A DNA stretch of 59,931 nt, the filler included. It is 5 parts of 5 records of this genome, joined end to end, with 100 filler letters (N's around TTAATTAATTAA, not from the genome) between each part and the next. Parts side by side here need not be neighbours in the genome. Positions count along the whole stretch, not along the records: positions 9,211 to 29,223 come from DRR723986_9938; 4 more parts are not named here. One strand, 5' to 3'. The first letter of the stretch is position 1, and the number at the start of each line of letters is the position of its first letter. A model generated the notes under the pieces. The model was not told the DNA's origin. It made no database searches and saw nothing but the letters and a program-made list of their open reading frames with translations. A program made the translations under genes and the position numbers. Positions 9,211-18,665 of this stretch are shown one piece after another.

Positions 9211-9741
9211 ATCGGCTGCGCCCTGTGTATCGACGCCTGCAATTCGGTGATGGACAAGATGAACTACCCGCGGGACCTGATCAGCTACACCAGTGAACAC
9301 CAATTGCAGGGCGGCAGGACCCACTGGTTGCGTCCACGCATCATCGGCTACCTGACGGTACTCGCGGTGATGGTCAGCGTGTTCAGCTATACCGTGCTCA
9401 CCCGGATTCCGCTGGAAATGACGGTGATACGAGATCGTAACCAGCTTTACGTCGAAGCTGAGCAGGGTGAGATCGACAACCTCTACACGATCAGCCTGGT
9501 CAATATGGACAGAGAAATGCACGAGTTTGAGATCAGCATCGACGCGCTGCCGGAAGCGCGAATTATCGGCGACACGCTTTATACCCTCGATAGCGGGGAA
9601 GTGCGGGCCATTACCCTGCGGGTGCGAACGAACCCTGCCACGCTGGACAAGCCCAGCACCGAGTTTGTTTTCCAGGCCGTGTCCACCGATATGCCGTCAC
9701 TGCGTGCGGCCTCGGAATCACGTTTCATGAAGCCGCTGTAA
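9211..9741 (+). CDS. ccoG: cbb3 oxidase accessory ferredoxin CcoG/FixG, C-terminal part
   Basis: Begins IGCALCIDACNSVMDK (4Fe-4S motif), then RPRIIGY TM helix and Ig-like FixG_C; followed by ccoH. Confidence 0.9.
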   Translation: MGCALCIDACNSVMDKMNYPRDLISYTSEHQLQGGRTHWLRPRIIGYLTVLAVMVSVFSYTVLTRIPLEMTVIRDRNQLYVEAEQGEIDNLYTISLVNMDREMHEFEISIDALPEARIIGDTLYTLDSGEVRAITLRVRTNPATLDKPSTEFVFQAVSTDMPSLRAASESRFMKPL

Positions 9742-10238
9742 TGCGCAGTTCACTGCCCGGCAGCGACACCCAGCCCTGGTACCGCCAGTTCTGGCCATGG
9801 TTTCTCTTCGCCCTGCCCGCCACCGTGGTGGTGGCGGCATTTGCCACCCTGTTTATTGCCAACCGCCATGCGGATGACCTGGTCGTTGACGAGTATTACA
9901 AGGATGGATTGGCTATAAACCGGCGGCTGGAAAAAAATCAGCAGGCAAGCCAGCTGGGAATCAGTGTCCAGCTCCAGTTCCAGGGCGACCAGGTTCTGGC
10001 AACGACCTCCGGGCCGGTCAGTGAGCCGCTGCTGCGCCTCCGCCTGTCGCACCCGCTGGAATCCAGTCGCGACCTTGAGCTGACCCTGGCTCGTTACGCT
10101 GCCGGCGAGTACAGCGCCCGGCTGGCCAGCGCCGTCGAGCCACGCTGGCACTGGACCCTCGACGCCGGAGAGGACAGCGGCTGGCGCCTTGACGGGTCCC
10201 TGGCCAGCGCGAATTTTAACGATCCGGATGTGCCCTGA
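9741..10238 (+). CDS. ccoH: FixH/CcoH family protein
   Basis: PWYRQFWPWFL, DDLVVDEYYKDGLAIN; position in ccoGHIS. Confidence 0.88.
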   Translation: MRSSLPGSDTQPWYRQFWPWFLFALPATVVVAAFATLFIANRHADDLVVDEYYKDGLAINRRLEKNQQASQLGISVQLQFQGDQVLATTSGPVSEPLLRLRLSHPLESSRDLELTLARYAAGEYSARLASAVEPRWHWTLDAGEDSGWRLDGSLASANFNDPDVP

Positions 10239-12660
10239 CATCGCCACAGCAGCGCCAGCCTCACAGCTGACCACCTGTTTCCACTGCGGAGAGGCCGTGC
10301 CACCAGGTGAGGACTTCTCCCTGGTCCTGGACGGGGAGACACGCCCCATGTGCTGCCCCGGTTGCCGGGCCGTGGCGGGGCTGATCGCCGGCGCCGGACT
10401 GACCCGCTTCTACGCGCAGCGTACCGCCTATAACGAACGCCCTCTGCCCGGCTCCCACCAGGACGATGATCGCTACACGATCTTCGATGACCCGGAACTG
10501 GCCGCAACCTTCTGCACTGACAATACCGATGGCACCCGAAGCGCGCGCCTGCTGGTGGGCGGCATGACCTGCGCCGCCTGTACCTGGCTGATCGAACACA
10601 GCCTGCAGAAACAGACGGGGGTCGGCCGCGCCGCGGTCAATCTCGCCCAGGCCCGACTCAACATTGACTATGATCCCGCGCAGGTAAAACTCAGCACCCT
10701 GTTTACCCTCGTCGCTCAACTGGGTTATCGGGTCCAGCCATTTCGCAGCAGCTCCCTGCTGGAGCAACTGCGAGCGGAGCACCGGCAGGACCTGCGTCGC
10801 CTGGCGGTGGCAGGCATCGGCATGATGCAGGTTGGCATGTTTGCCATTGCCCTGCACGCCGGCGACATCCAGGGGATCGCGCTCGAATACCGCGAACTGC
10901 TGCGCTGGGTGAGCCTGCTGGTAGCCAGCTTCGTGGTCCTGTTTTCCGCCCGCGGCTTCTTTACCAGCGCGTGGCAACACCTGCGACGTGGCGCCCTGGT
11001 GATGGATCTGCCTGTCGCCCTGGCGATCGGGCTGGCCTTCAGTGCCAGCGTCGTTGCGACCCTGGGCAATACCGGTCAGGTCTACTTCGATTCGGTCGTC
11101 ATGTTCACCTTTCTCCTGCTACTGGCCCGGTTCGTGGAGAAACGGCTGCGCCTGCGGGATGCCTTCACCTGGTTTGACGCTGAGTGCAGCCTGCCCGAGT
11201 CGGTACTGGTACGCGACGCCGCTGGCTGGTGCAGCATGTCGCGACATAAATTGCAGGCGGGCAGCGAGATCCTGGTACCGGCTGGCGAAACCGTCCCGCT
11301 GGACGCCATCGTCTGTAGCGGCCACAGTGCTGTGCGTGAGGATGCCTTCAGCGGTGAGTCCCTGCCGCGCACGGTAAGCCCGGGTAGCAAAGTGTTTGCC
11401 GGCACCGTGAACGAAGGACAGTCCATCGAGATTCGCGCCCTGGGCAGCTACCGGGATTCCCGGCTGGCAGCGCTGCAGCGCTCCGTTGAAGAAGCTCGCG
11501 GCGACAAGCCGCGCCTGGCAATTCTCGCCGACCGCCTGGCGGCCTGGTTTATCGCAGGCATACTCCTGGCCACCAATGTCACAGCCTTTGCCTGGTGGCA
11601 GGTAGACCCGGACAAAGCCTTCTGGGTCAGTCTTTCGGTACTGGTGATCAGCTGTCCCTGTGCGCTGGCCCTGGCCACACCCGCAGCCCTGGCCAATGCC
11701 GCTGCCGCCTTGCGATCAAGAGGCATCCTGGTTACCGGCGAAAATGCACTGGAAACCCTGTCCCGGGCAACCCACCTGCTGTTCGACAAGACCGGGACGC
11801 TGACCCGTGGTGAACTGCAGGTGGCTGAAACCCAGGCCCTTGCCGATGCCAGCGCCGGGGAAGTCCTCGCAATTGCCGCCAGCCTGCAACAGCATTCCAG
11901 CCATCCCGCAGCTACCGCGTTCAGCAGCATGATAGATGCCGTTGCGGCGCAGGATGTCGAGTACCACATGGGCGCCGGCCTGGAGGGCCTGGTAGGCAGC
12001 ACGCGCTACCGCCTGGGCAGTGAAGCCTTCTGCCGGGAGTGGGCAAAAACACTCCCGCCCGCACCCAACGCTGACCGCTATTGGATTGCCTTGTGCTGCC
12101 CCGATCGACCCCTGGCCTGGATCGGTCTCGACGACCCGCTGCGAGCCGAGGCCGGACAGGTCATTCGCGCCGCCCGCATGGCGGGGCTGCAGCTGGAAAT
12201 CGTCTCCGGTGACCGCGAACCGCGGGTGACCGCAGCGGCTTCGCTGCTGGGCCTGGATCGCGCCGGCGGGGGGCTTTCGCCGCAAGACAAGATTGCCCGC
12301 GTGCTGCAGCTTCAGTCCCAGGGCGCAGTGGTCGCCATGGTAGGCGACGGCCTCAACGATGCCCCGGTGCTGGCGCTGGCCGATACCTCCATCGCTGTCG
12401 CGGGCGCTACCGACCTGGCCAGGACCCAGGCCGACTTTGTGATCATGGACGGTGACCTGCGGGCGGTCAGCCTGATCCGCCAGATGGCACAGCGCTGTCG
12501 CAGGATCATCCTGCAGAATTTCGCCTGGGCCCTGGGGTACAATACCCTTGCCATACCGCTGGCCGCCCTCGGTTATATACCTCCATGGGCTGCGGCAGTC
12601 GGCATGTCATTGAGTTCGCTGCTGGTGGTCGGCAACTCCCTGCGCCTTAGACACCGCTGA
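10228..12660 (+). CDS. ccoI: Copper-translocating P1B-type ATPase CcoI/FixI
   Basis: CFHC and CCPGC N-terminal motifs, GMTCAAC HMA domain, CPC, DKTGT, GDGLND; start approximate. Confidence 0.93.
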   Translation: MCPDIATAAPASQLTTCFHCGEAVPPGEDFSLVLDGETRPMCCPGCRAVAGLIAGAGLTRFYAQRTAYNERPLPGSHQDDDRYTIFDDPELAATFCTDNTDGTRSARLLVGGMTCAACTWLIEHSLQKQTGVGRAAVNLAQARLNIDYDPAQVKLSTLFTLVAQLGYRVQPFRSSSLLEQLRAEHRQDLRRLAVAGIGMMQVGMFAIALHAGDIQGIALEYRELLRWVSLLVASFVVLFSARGFFTSAWQHLRRGALVMDLPVALAIGLAFSASVVATLGNTGQVYFDSVVMFTFLLLLARFVEKRLRLRDAFTWFDAECSLPESVLVRDAAGWCSMSRHKLQAGSEILVPAGETVPLDAIVCSGHSAVREDAFSGESLPRTVSPGSKVFAGTVNEGQSIEIRALGSYRDSRLAALQRSVEEARGDKPRLAILADRLAAWFIAGILLATNVTAFAWWQVDPDKAFWVSLSVLVISCPCALALATPAALANAAAALRSRGILVTGENALETLSRATHLLFDKTGTLTRGELQVAETQALADASAGEVLAIAASLQQHSSHPAATAFSSMIDAVAAQDVEYHMGAGLEGLVGSTRYRLGSEAFCREWAKTLPPAPNADRYWIALCCPDRPLAWIGLDDPLRAEAGQVIRAARMAGLQLEIVSGDREPRVTAAASLLGLDRAGGGLSPQDKIARVLQLQSQGAVVAMVGDGLNDAPVLALADTSIAVAGATDLARTQADFVIMDGDLRAVSLIRQMAQRCRRIILQNFAWALGYNTLAIPLAALGYIPPWAAAVGMSLSSLLVVGNSLRLRHR

Positions 12661-12675
12661 TCCCGGGGCAACGTC

Positions 12676-12852
12676 GTGGAAAGCCTGTATTTTCTGATTC
12701 CTATCGCGCTCATCTTCTGTGTGATCGCCATCCGCCTGCTGCTGTGGGCAATCGACAGTGGCCAGTATGATGACCTTGATAAGGAAGCCTGGCAGATTCT
12801 TGCCGACGAGGATCCGGCGGCGGCAGACGATAAGGACCAGCGCAGCCAATGA
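12676..12852 (+). CDS. ccoS: cbb3 oxidase assembly protein CcoS/FixS
   Basis: Below the ORF-track cutoff; GTG start, MESLYFLIPIALIF...LWAIDSGQYDDLD signature; ATGA overlap with the next gene. Confidence 0.9.
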   Translation: MESLYFLIPIALIFCVIAIRLLLWAIDSGQYDDLDKEAWQILADEDPAAADDKDQRSQ

Positions 12853-13562
12853 GTACACCCGACTATCTCGCGGCCATTGGCATCGGCCTGGCCGGAGCCG
12901 GCCACTGCCTGGGTATGTGCGGCGGCATTGCAGCGGCATTGAGCCTCGGCGGCGAGCGGCGTCCGCTGGTCACAAGCAGTTATCACCTGGGCCGCATCCT
13001 CAGCTACGCGGCCCTCGGCGCCCTGATTGGCTTCCTCGCGGGGTCTATTGACCTGGTGGGGTGGACTATCGCCTTGCGCTATCTCGCCGGCTTGCTGATG
13101 ATCGCCATGGGCCTGTACATCGCCGACTGGTGGCGCGGACTGACGGTGATCGAGCGGGCCGGGGCGCGACTCTGGCAACCGGTACAAGGCTGGTCATCAC
13201 GCCTGCTGCCGATCCAACACTGGTACCAGGCCCTGCTCCTTGGGCTGTGCTGGGGCCTGATGCCCTGCGGCCTCATCTACAGCGCCCTGGCGTGGTCGGC
13301 AACGGCGCAAAACGCAGCCCAGTCGGGCCTGTTGATGCTGTTATTCGGCCTTGGAACCCTGCCTGCCATGCTTGCCACCAGCCTCGGGGCAGCCCGCCTC
13401 CAGGCGCTGCTCAGGCGGCGGGGCCTGAAACTGTTGATCGCGCTGGGACTGATCCTGGCCGGAGCATGGAGCCTGTACATGACAGCGAGCCACGGCGCGC
13501 ACCTGCGCAGCATGGCTCCGGGAGCGGCTGGTGACGGCGCAATGGAGCACCGGCACCACTAG
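12849..13562 (+). CDS. DsbD_2 / TauE-SafE-like membrane protein of cco clusters
   Basis: GHCLGMCGG and WGLMPCGLIY motifs; His-rich tail. Confidence 0.88.
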   Translation: MSTPDYLAAIGIGLAGAGHCLGMCGGIAAALSLGGERRPLVTSSYHLGRILSYAALGALIGFLAGSIDLVGWTIALRYLAGLLMIAMGLYIADWWRGLTVIERAGARLWQPVQGWSSRLLPIQHWYQALLLGLCWGLMPCGLIYSALAWSATAQNAAQSGLLMLLFGLGTLPAMLATSLGAARLQALLRRRGLKLLIALGLILAGAWSLYMTASHGAHLRSMAPGAAGDGAMEHRHH

Positions 13563-13571
13563 ATCGCGGAC

Positions 13572-13886
13572 TTACTCCCGGGGTGGCAGCCCGTGCAGCA
13601 AGGTGAGGAACTTCAGGTCGGTACCGGCACGCCGGTACTCGGACAGGGCCTGATAGTCGGGATCGTTGTACCACGCCCGCGCCGCACTCTCACTGGGAAA
13701 CTGAAACAGCACCATGCGACCCTGCCGCGGATCCGCCCCCTCGAGGGTATCGGGGTTGTCATCAAAGGTGAAAAAACTCCCCCCGTGCCGCTTGAGAATC
13801 GGGAAGAAGCCCTTCTCGTACTTGCGGTATTCGGCGGCGTCGTGGACGATGAAATTAGCCACCACGTAGGCAGGTGCGTCGGCCAT
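13572..13886 (-). CDS. DUF1330 family protein
   Basis: AYVV..., FPSESAARAWYNDPDYQ motif; AAGGAG RBS before ATG 13886. Confidence 0.8.
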   Translation of the reverse strand: MADAPAYVVANFIVHDAAEYRKYEKGFFPILKRHGGSFFTFDDNPDTLEGADPRQGRMVLFQFPSESAARAWYNDPDYQALSEYRRAGTDLKFLTLLHGLPPRE

Positions 13887-14059
13887 TGAACAGTGCTCCT
13901 TGGTTGAATCGGTCTCTTTTCCCCGCTGCGTCTCGACCACTGCGGCCAGCGACCAGATGGAGATGCCCGGGGGGCGCGTGCAATAATAACCGGATACGCT
14001 GGCCGGAATCACCCGCGAACTGACCCGCACCCAGGCTGGAGGTCTCTCTACCCGCGACC

Positions 14060-14635
14060 ATGCTGAAACTACTGCCCAATGCGCTGACCCTCCTGAGATT
14101 GCTGCTCGCCGTTCCAGTGGGCTACCTGATTCTGCGGGAACAGTACGCGGCCGCGCTGCTGGTTGGCCTGCTGGCGGGTCTGACCGACGCCCTTGACGGA
14201 CTAATGGCCCGCAAGCTGAACGCCCTCTCCCGCCTTGGCGCTGCGCTGGACCCGCTGGCCGACAAGTTGCTGATTACTACCGCGTTCGTCAGCCTGGCAC
14301 TGGTCGGCCTCGTACCCTGGTCGATCACGGCCACTGTCGTTGCCCGAGACCTGGTGATTGTCACTGGTGCAGCCTGCTATCACTGGTTGATCGGCGGGCT
14401 GGAAATGCAACCGACGGCACTCAGCAAATCAAACATGCTTATCCAGGTCAGCTTCTGCCTGCTGGTCCTTGGGGCTGCCCTGCTACCTGACATTCCCCGG
14501 GCCCTGGTCCAGGCGGGTGGAATCCTGGTGGTCTTCGCAGCAATCACCAGTGGCATGGATTACGTTGTCACCTGGACAAGACTTGCCCGCAGCGGCAGGC
14601 AATCGGCGGGCACGGGGAACCCGGAAGATGACTGA
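14060..14635 (+). CDS. CDP-alcohol phosphatidyltransferase (PgsA/cardiolipin synthase-like)
   Basis: LPNALTLLR; TDALDGLMARKLN..SRLGAALDPLADK consensus. Confidence 0.9.
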   Translation: MLKLLPNALTLLRLLLAVPVGYLILREQYAAALLVGLLAGLTDALDGLMARKLNALSRLGAALDPLADKLLITTAFVSLALVGLVPWSITATVVARDLVIVTGAACYHWLIGGLEMQPTALSKSNMLIQVSFCLLVLGAALLPDIPRALVQAGGILVVFAAITSGMDYVVTWTRLARSGRQSAGTGNPEDD

Positions 14636-15398
14636 CATGACCCGGGAAATCCACGTACTGACCTACAATATCCACAAGGGTTACTGCACCGGTAATCGAC
14701 GATTTGTGCTGGATTCAATGCGCGAGCGGATTGCGGAGACCGGGGCCGATATCGTCTTCCTGCAGGAGATTCACGGCACTGCCGTCAAGAGTGCGGCGAA
14801 GAAGCGCCGTTTCTCCTACCCCGAACAGCCACATTTTGAATACCTGGCGGACCAGGCCTGGCCGCATTACGCCTATGGCCGCAACGCCATCTACCGCAAA
14901 GGCGATCACGGCAATGCAATCATGAGCATGTTCCCGTTCATCGCCTGGGAAAACATCGATGTGTCCATTTTCCCCCGATCCAGCAGGAGCATTCTGCACG
15001 GCATCATCGATCTCCCGGAGCAAGGTACGCGCCTGCACACGCTCTGCGTTCACCTTGGCCTGCTGGAACAGGAACGGCGGGAGCAGCTGAAAGCGCTCAC
15101 CCACCGGATAGATCAGCACGTCCCCCGGCATGAGCCGATGATTATCGCGGGGGACTTCAACGACTGGCGCCGGCGCGCCGAGCGTCACCTGCGTAGCGAC
15201 CTGGAACTCGAGGAACTGTTTCTTAAACTCGAAGGCAGGCATGCCCGCAGTTTCCCGGTATGGGCACCGATGCTGCAGGTAGATCGAATCTATTATCGCG
15301 GGCTGGAGCCGGTTAGCTGCGAGCGCATGCACAAAGGTCACTGGCGCGACCTGTCGGATCACGCCGCCCTGTTCGGCGTATTCAGGTTGACGGCTTGA
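14628..15398 (+). CDS. Endonuclease/exonuclease/phosphatase family protein (YbhP-like)
   Basis: TYNIHKG, DIVFLQE, HGNA, GDFNDW, DRIY, SDH motifs; overlaps the upstream gene by 8 nt. Confidence 0.88.
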   Translation: MTDMTREIHVLTYNIHKGYCTGNRRFVLDSMRERIAETGADIVFLQEIHGTAVKSAAKKRRFSYPEQPHFEYLADQAWPHYAYGRNAIYRKGDHGNAIMSMFPFIAWENIDVSIFPRSSRSILHGIIDLPEQGTRLHTLCVHLGLLEQERREQLKALTHRIDQHVPRHEPMIIAGDFNDWRRRAERHLRSDLELEELFLKLEGRHARSFPVWAPMLQVDRIYYRGLEPVSCERMHKGHWRDLSDHAALFGVFRLTA

Positions 15399-15468
15399 AC
15401 CCTTATATCCTCGCAGCCGACGCCTTTCGGGCAAGGTAACGGGGCAGCATCGTCCGTGTTGGCAGGGC

Positions 15469-15498
15469 AAAAAAAAGCCCCACCGCTTAGGGAGGGGC
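15469..15498 (-). terminator. Rho-independent terminator of ompW
   Basis: GCCCC...GGGGC stem followed by T8 on the minus strand. Confidence 0.75.
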
Positions 15499-15545
15499 AA
15501 TGTGCCACAAGGAGCCGCTCGCGCGGTCCCTGATATGGCCGAGGA

Positions 15546-16229
15546 TCAGAACTTGTAGGCGATACCGACGTTGTAGACCCAGGGATCAATATCCACGTCG
15601 AACTTCACATTACCAACATCTGTCTTGATGGTCGCTTCAGTGTCAATGTCGATATACCAGACGCCGGCATTGAGAGCCCAATGCTCACCCAGCGGAATAT
15701 CAACGCCGGCCTGGGCGGACAAACCGAAGGAATCATCCAGCTCGAGGTCTACCTTGCTTGCCCCGAGCAGAGCGCCGAGGGCCGCTTCCAATTCACCATC
15801 AACCTCTTCATCGTAGATCAGGGTGTAGTTCACACCGAGGCCGAAGTATGGCTGCCAGCCTGACTGGCCGCCGCGCGGATACCACTGCAGACTGAGGGTC
15901 GGCGGCAAATGGGTGATATTGCCGGCCTTGATACCAACGCCCTTGACGCTGACATCGTGCTCAAACGGGGTGGCTGCGAGTAACTCCAGGCCCCAGTCAT
16001 CGGTAATCATCCAAACCGGAATAATACCGAGCTGCGTGTCGTTATCTACCTTCACGCCAGCCAGTACGGTGGGCGGCTCTGTCGGCAAGGTGATCTTGTC
16101 GCTGTCTTCGTTTGGCGCAACAGTCGTAGCGCCCAGGCGCAAGATGATATCGCCTTCGTTATAAGCCTGTGCGGCCATCGGGCCAGTGGCGATTGCGGCC
16201 AACAGCGCCGCAGTAACTGCATGTTTCAT
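15546..16229 (-). CDS. ompW: OmpW/OprG family outer membrane protein
   Basis: Signal peptide, ELLAATPFEH, HLPPTLSLQWY, PYFGLGVNYT, C-terminal IDPWVYNVGIAYKF; AGGAG RBS. Confidence 0.92.
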   Translation of the reverse strand: MKHAVTAALLAAIATGPMAAQAYNEGDIILRLGATTVAPNEDSDKITLPTEPPTVLAGVKVDNDTQLGIIPVWMITDDWGLELLAATPFEHDVSVKGVGIKAGNITHLPPTLSLQWYPRGGQSGWQPYFGLGVNYTLIYDEEVDGELEAALGALLGASKVDLELDDSFGLSAQAGVDIPLGEHWALNAGVWYIDIDTEATIKTDVGNVKFDVDIDPWVYNVGIAYKF

Positions 16230-16285
16230 ATGACACTCCTGATGTCTCTTCCCCCAAGTGCGGCAATACCGCACCAACTGAGGAA

Positions 16286-16327
16286 ATTGTAGGCACAGGG
16301 GCGTTGCGGGGCATTGATATCAGTCAA
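16286..16327 (-). promoter_or_regulatory. Class II FNR/ANR-activated promoter of ompW
   Basis: TTGACTGATATCAA box (16314-16327) plus -10 TACAAT (16291-16286); box centre lies about -41.5 from the implied TSS near 16279. Confidence 0.75.
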
Positions 16328-16337
16328 ACATTGGAGA

Positions 16338-17006
16338 TCACTCCCAGGGGTGGTCCAGCGGCATACCGCAGCCGCTGAGCATATGACCGTTCCAGGTGAC
16401 ACTGACCTGACTGGGAAACACCTCGCCAACAGGGCTTTCACGGCACTCGGAGTCGACGATGTCGATCACCAGGTCGTCAGTTTCCGAAACCGCGTGGTAC
16501 ACCCGACCATCGGCCGTCACCTGGAAACCCGGGTCCGGCAGCATCACGCGCTGCATGCCCTGATCAAGGACAAATAGCAGCTGCTGGCCATTCTTTATTT
16601 CCAACGACCAGCCCGGCTCATTGCCTGCGGCGCGAAAGTCCACCGCACGCCGGCGGGCATCTTCCCAGGGCACACGGGCGGGCACCAACTTGCATTCCGG
16701 ATAGCGCTGGCCCGCAACCGTCAGGGTCGCCACCTCGCCCTTGGACCAGAACACGATGTCGCCCTCCTCGTACTTCGCTCCCGACGCGCTGCGCACCCGC
16801 GAGAGGATGACATAACGGTCCTCGAGCCAGAGGGCAATTTCACCGGGACCGGTGCGGGCAATAAACCCGGTGCCAAGGCATTCGTAGACCAGCGTCCTCA
16901 CCGCCTGCATCGAAGCGGCATCCGGCGCTGGACCGGCCTCCTGCGCCCTGCTCGACGCACAGGCCGATACCGCCAATGCCAGGAGACTGATCAGGATTCT
17001 GTTCAC
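16338..17006 (-). CDS. Lipoprotein with MliC (lysozyme inhibitor) domain fused to a COG3650-like domain
   Basis: Lipobox AVSAC; SASGAKY and FWSKG MliC motifs; FRAAGNEPGWSLEI second domain. Confidence 0.75.
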   Translation of the reverse strand: MNRILISLLALAVSACASSRAQEAGPAPDAASMQAVRTLVYECLGTGFIARTGPGEIALWLEDRYVILSRVRSASGAKYEEGDIVFWSKGEVATLTVAGQRYPECKLVPARVPWEDARRRAVDFRAAGNEPGWSLEIKNGQQLLFVLDQGMQRVMLPDPGFQVTADGRVYHAVSETDDLVIDIVDSECRESPVGEVFPSQVSVTWNGHMLSGCGMPLDHPWE

Positions 17007-17019
17007 TGCGCGATGCTCC

Positions 17020-17925
17020 TTATTTTGCCAGCGTGGTGGTCACCACCCGGGACAGTTTACGAGCCCGTCGATAACCGTCGATGGTAACGATCGCCAGGCC
17101 TATCCAGACCAGGCCAAAGGCCAGCACCTGCACCGGTCCAAAAGGCTCGCCAAAGGCCAGCACCGCGACCAGTAACTGCGCGGTCGGACCAATATAAAAC
17201 ACCAGGCCGAGTGCCGTCAGAGGCAACATCCTGCTGGCGGCAACATACGCGATCAGCGGTACTGCGGTGTAAACGCCCGCCCCCAGCAGGAATAGGTCCA
17301 CCTTGAGGCCATACGCACCCAGACCTCCCCAGTCGTGTAAGGCCAGCCAGCCCAATGCAAAGGGGAACATCATCGCGGTCTCCATCAACAGGCCCTCCAG
17401 TGAATCCACTGAAACCGCCTTGCGGATCGCACCGTAGAGACCGAAGGAAAGCACCAGGCCGATGGAGACCACCGGCAGTCCGCCGTAATGCCAGGTCTGG
17501 ATCAGTACGGCCACCACGGCAAACAGGATGCCGATGGCCTGCCCGCCGCCGATACGCTCCCGGAACAGGGTCATCCCGACCACCACATTGAACAGCGGCA
17601 GCAGGAAATAGCCCAGGCTGGCATCTGAGGCATGTTCATTGGTGACCGCCCACAGGAAGATAAGCCAGTTGGCGGCAATACACAGGGCCGCCAGGGCCAT
17701 AATGCCGACCGTGCGTGGCTTGAGAAACAGCGCCATGGCGCTGCGCAGGCGCCCCAGGAACAACAGGATCAGGGCGACCACCGGCACCGACCAGAGCGCA
17801 CGATGGGCCAGCATGTCGCGCGCGTCCACGGGCTTGGTTTCTATCCAGTAAAGTGCCGCCAGGCCCCAGATGAGATTGGCGGTAATACCGTACAGGGTTC
17901 CGCGCTGCTGATCATTCAGTGCCAA
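17020..17925 (-). CDS. rarD: EamA family transporter RarD
   Basis: HRALWS, NWLIFLWAV, ASLGYF, SFGLYGAIRK, YIGPT motifs. Confidence 0.88.
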   Translation of the reverse strand: MALNDQQRGTLYGITANLIWGLAALYWIETKPVDARDMLAHRALWSVPVVALILLFLGRLRSAMALFLKPRTVGIMALAALCIAANWLIFLWAVTNEHASDASLGYFLLPLFNVVVGMTLFRERIGGGQAIGILFAVVAVLIQTWHYGGLPVVSIGLVLSFGLYGAIRKAVSVDSLEGLLMETAMMFPFALGWLALHDWGGLGAYGLKVDLFLLGAGVYTAVPLIAYVAASRMLPLTALGLVFYIGPTAQLLVAVLAFGEPFGPVQVLAFGLVWIGLAIVTIDGYRRARKLSRVVTTTLAK

Positions 17926-17942
17926 GCAATGCTCCGTAGGAA

Positions 17943-18665
17943 TTAACTCACCGGGATCATGGGAAGCGCAATCATACGCAATGCGAGCAGGGATACCAGA
18001 ACCCTGAAGGCCCGCTGAAAATCACGCTGCGGCAGGAACTGGCGCAGCCAGGTGCCCGCCCAGGAGCCGGCAATACTCGCCAGTACCATACCGGCTATCA
18101 CCGGCAGCCAGGGCAGGAAGGCAAACCCCAGCAGGCCAAACGCCAGGCTGCGCAGCAGGTGATTGATCGTCATGTAGACGCCGGTGTTGACCACCAGCCA
18201 GTCCCTCTCCCGACTGTACCGGGCCAGCACCGCGGCACCCAGGGGGCCGGTCGCACCGGCGACCATGCCGAGGCCGGTCTGGTAGAAGCCAAGGGCCGCC
18301 AGCGCTGCCCTACCCCTGCCCCCGGGAACGGGCAGTGGCAGCCAGGTGAGCAGGAGTATCAGCACGCCGATCACCATGGGCAGCCAGTGCAGGTCGAGTC
18401 GGCTATAGATTTCACCGCCGAGCCCGGCACCCAGGACAGCACCAAGCGCCACTGGCAGTACCAGGCGCCAGTCGATCAGGCGCCAGCCAAAGGCAGCGCG
18501 GGACACATTACTGGCCAACTGGGTAAGCGCGTGCACCGGGATAATAGCCGCGGTCGGTAGCAGTCCCGGCATCAGGGCGATCAACAGTACGCCACCTCCC
18601 ATACCAATCGCAGCGGCAAGAGTCGAGGTGAAAAAGGCGATGGGTACCAGCAATAACTCGCTCAA
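17943..18665 (-). CDS. TSUP (TauE/SafE) family transporter
   Basis: IGMGGGVLL and GATGP repeats; hydrophobic throughout. Confidence 0.8.
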   Translation of the reverse strand: MSELLLVPIAFFTSTLAAAIGMGGGVLLIALMPGLLPTAAIIPVHALTQLASNVSRAAFGWRLIDWRLVLPVALGAVLGAGLGGEIYSRLDLHWLPMVIGVLILLLTWLPLPVPGGRGRAALAALGFYQTGLGMVAGATGPLGAAVLARYSRERDWLVVNTGVYMTINHLLRSLAFGLLGFAFLPWLPVIAGMVLASIAGSWAGTWLRQFLPQRDFQRAFRVLVSLLALRMIALPMIPVS

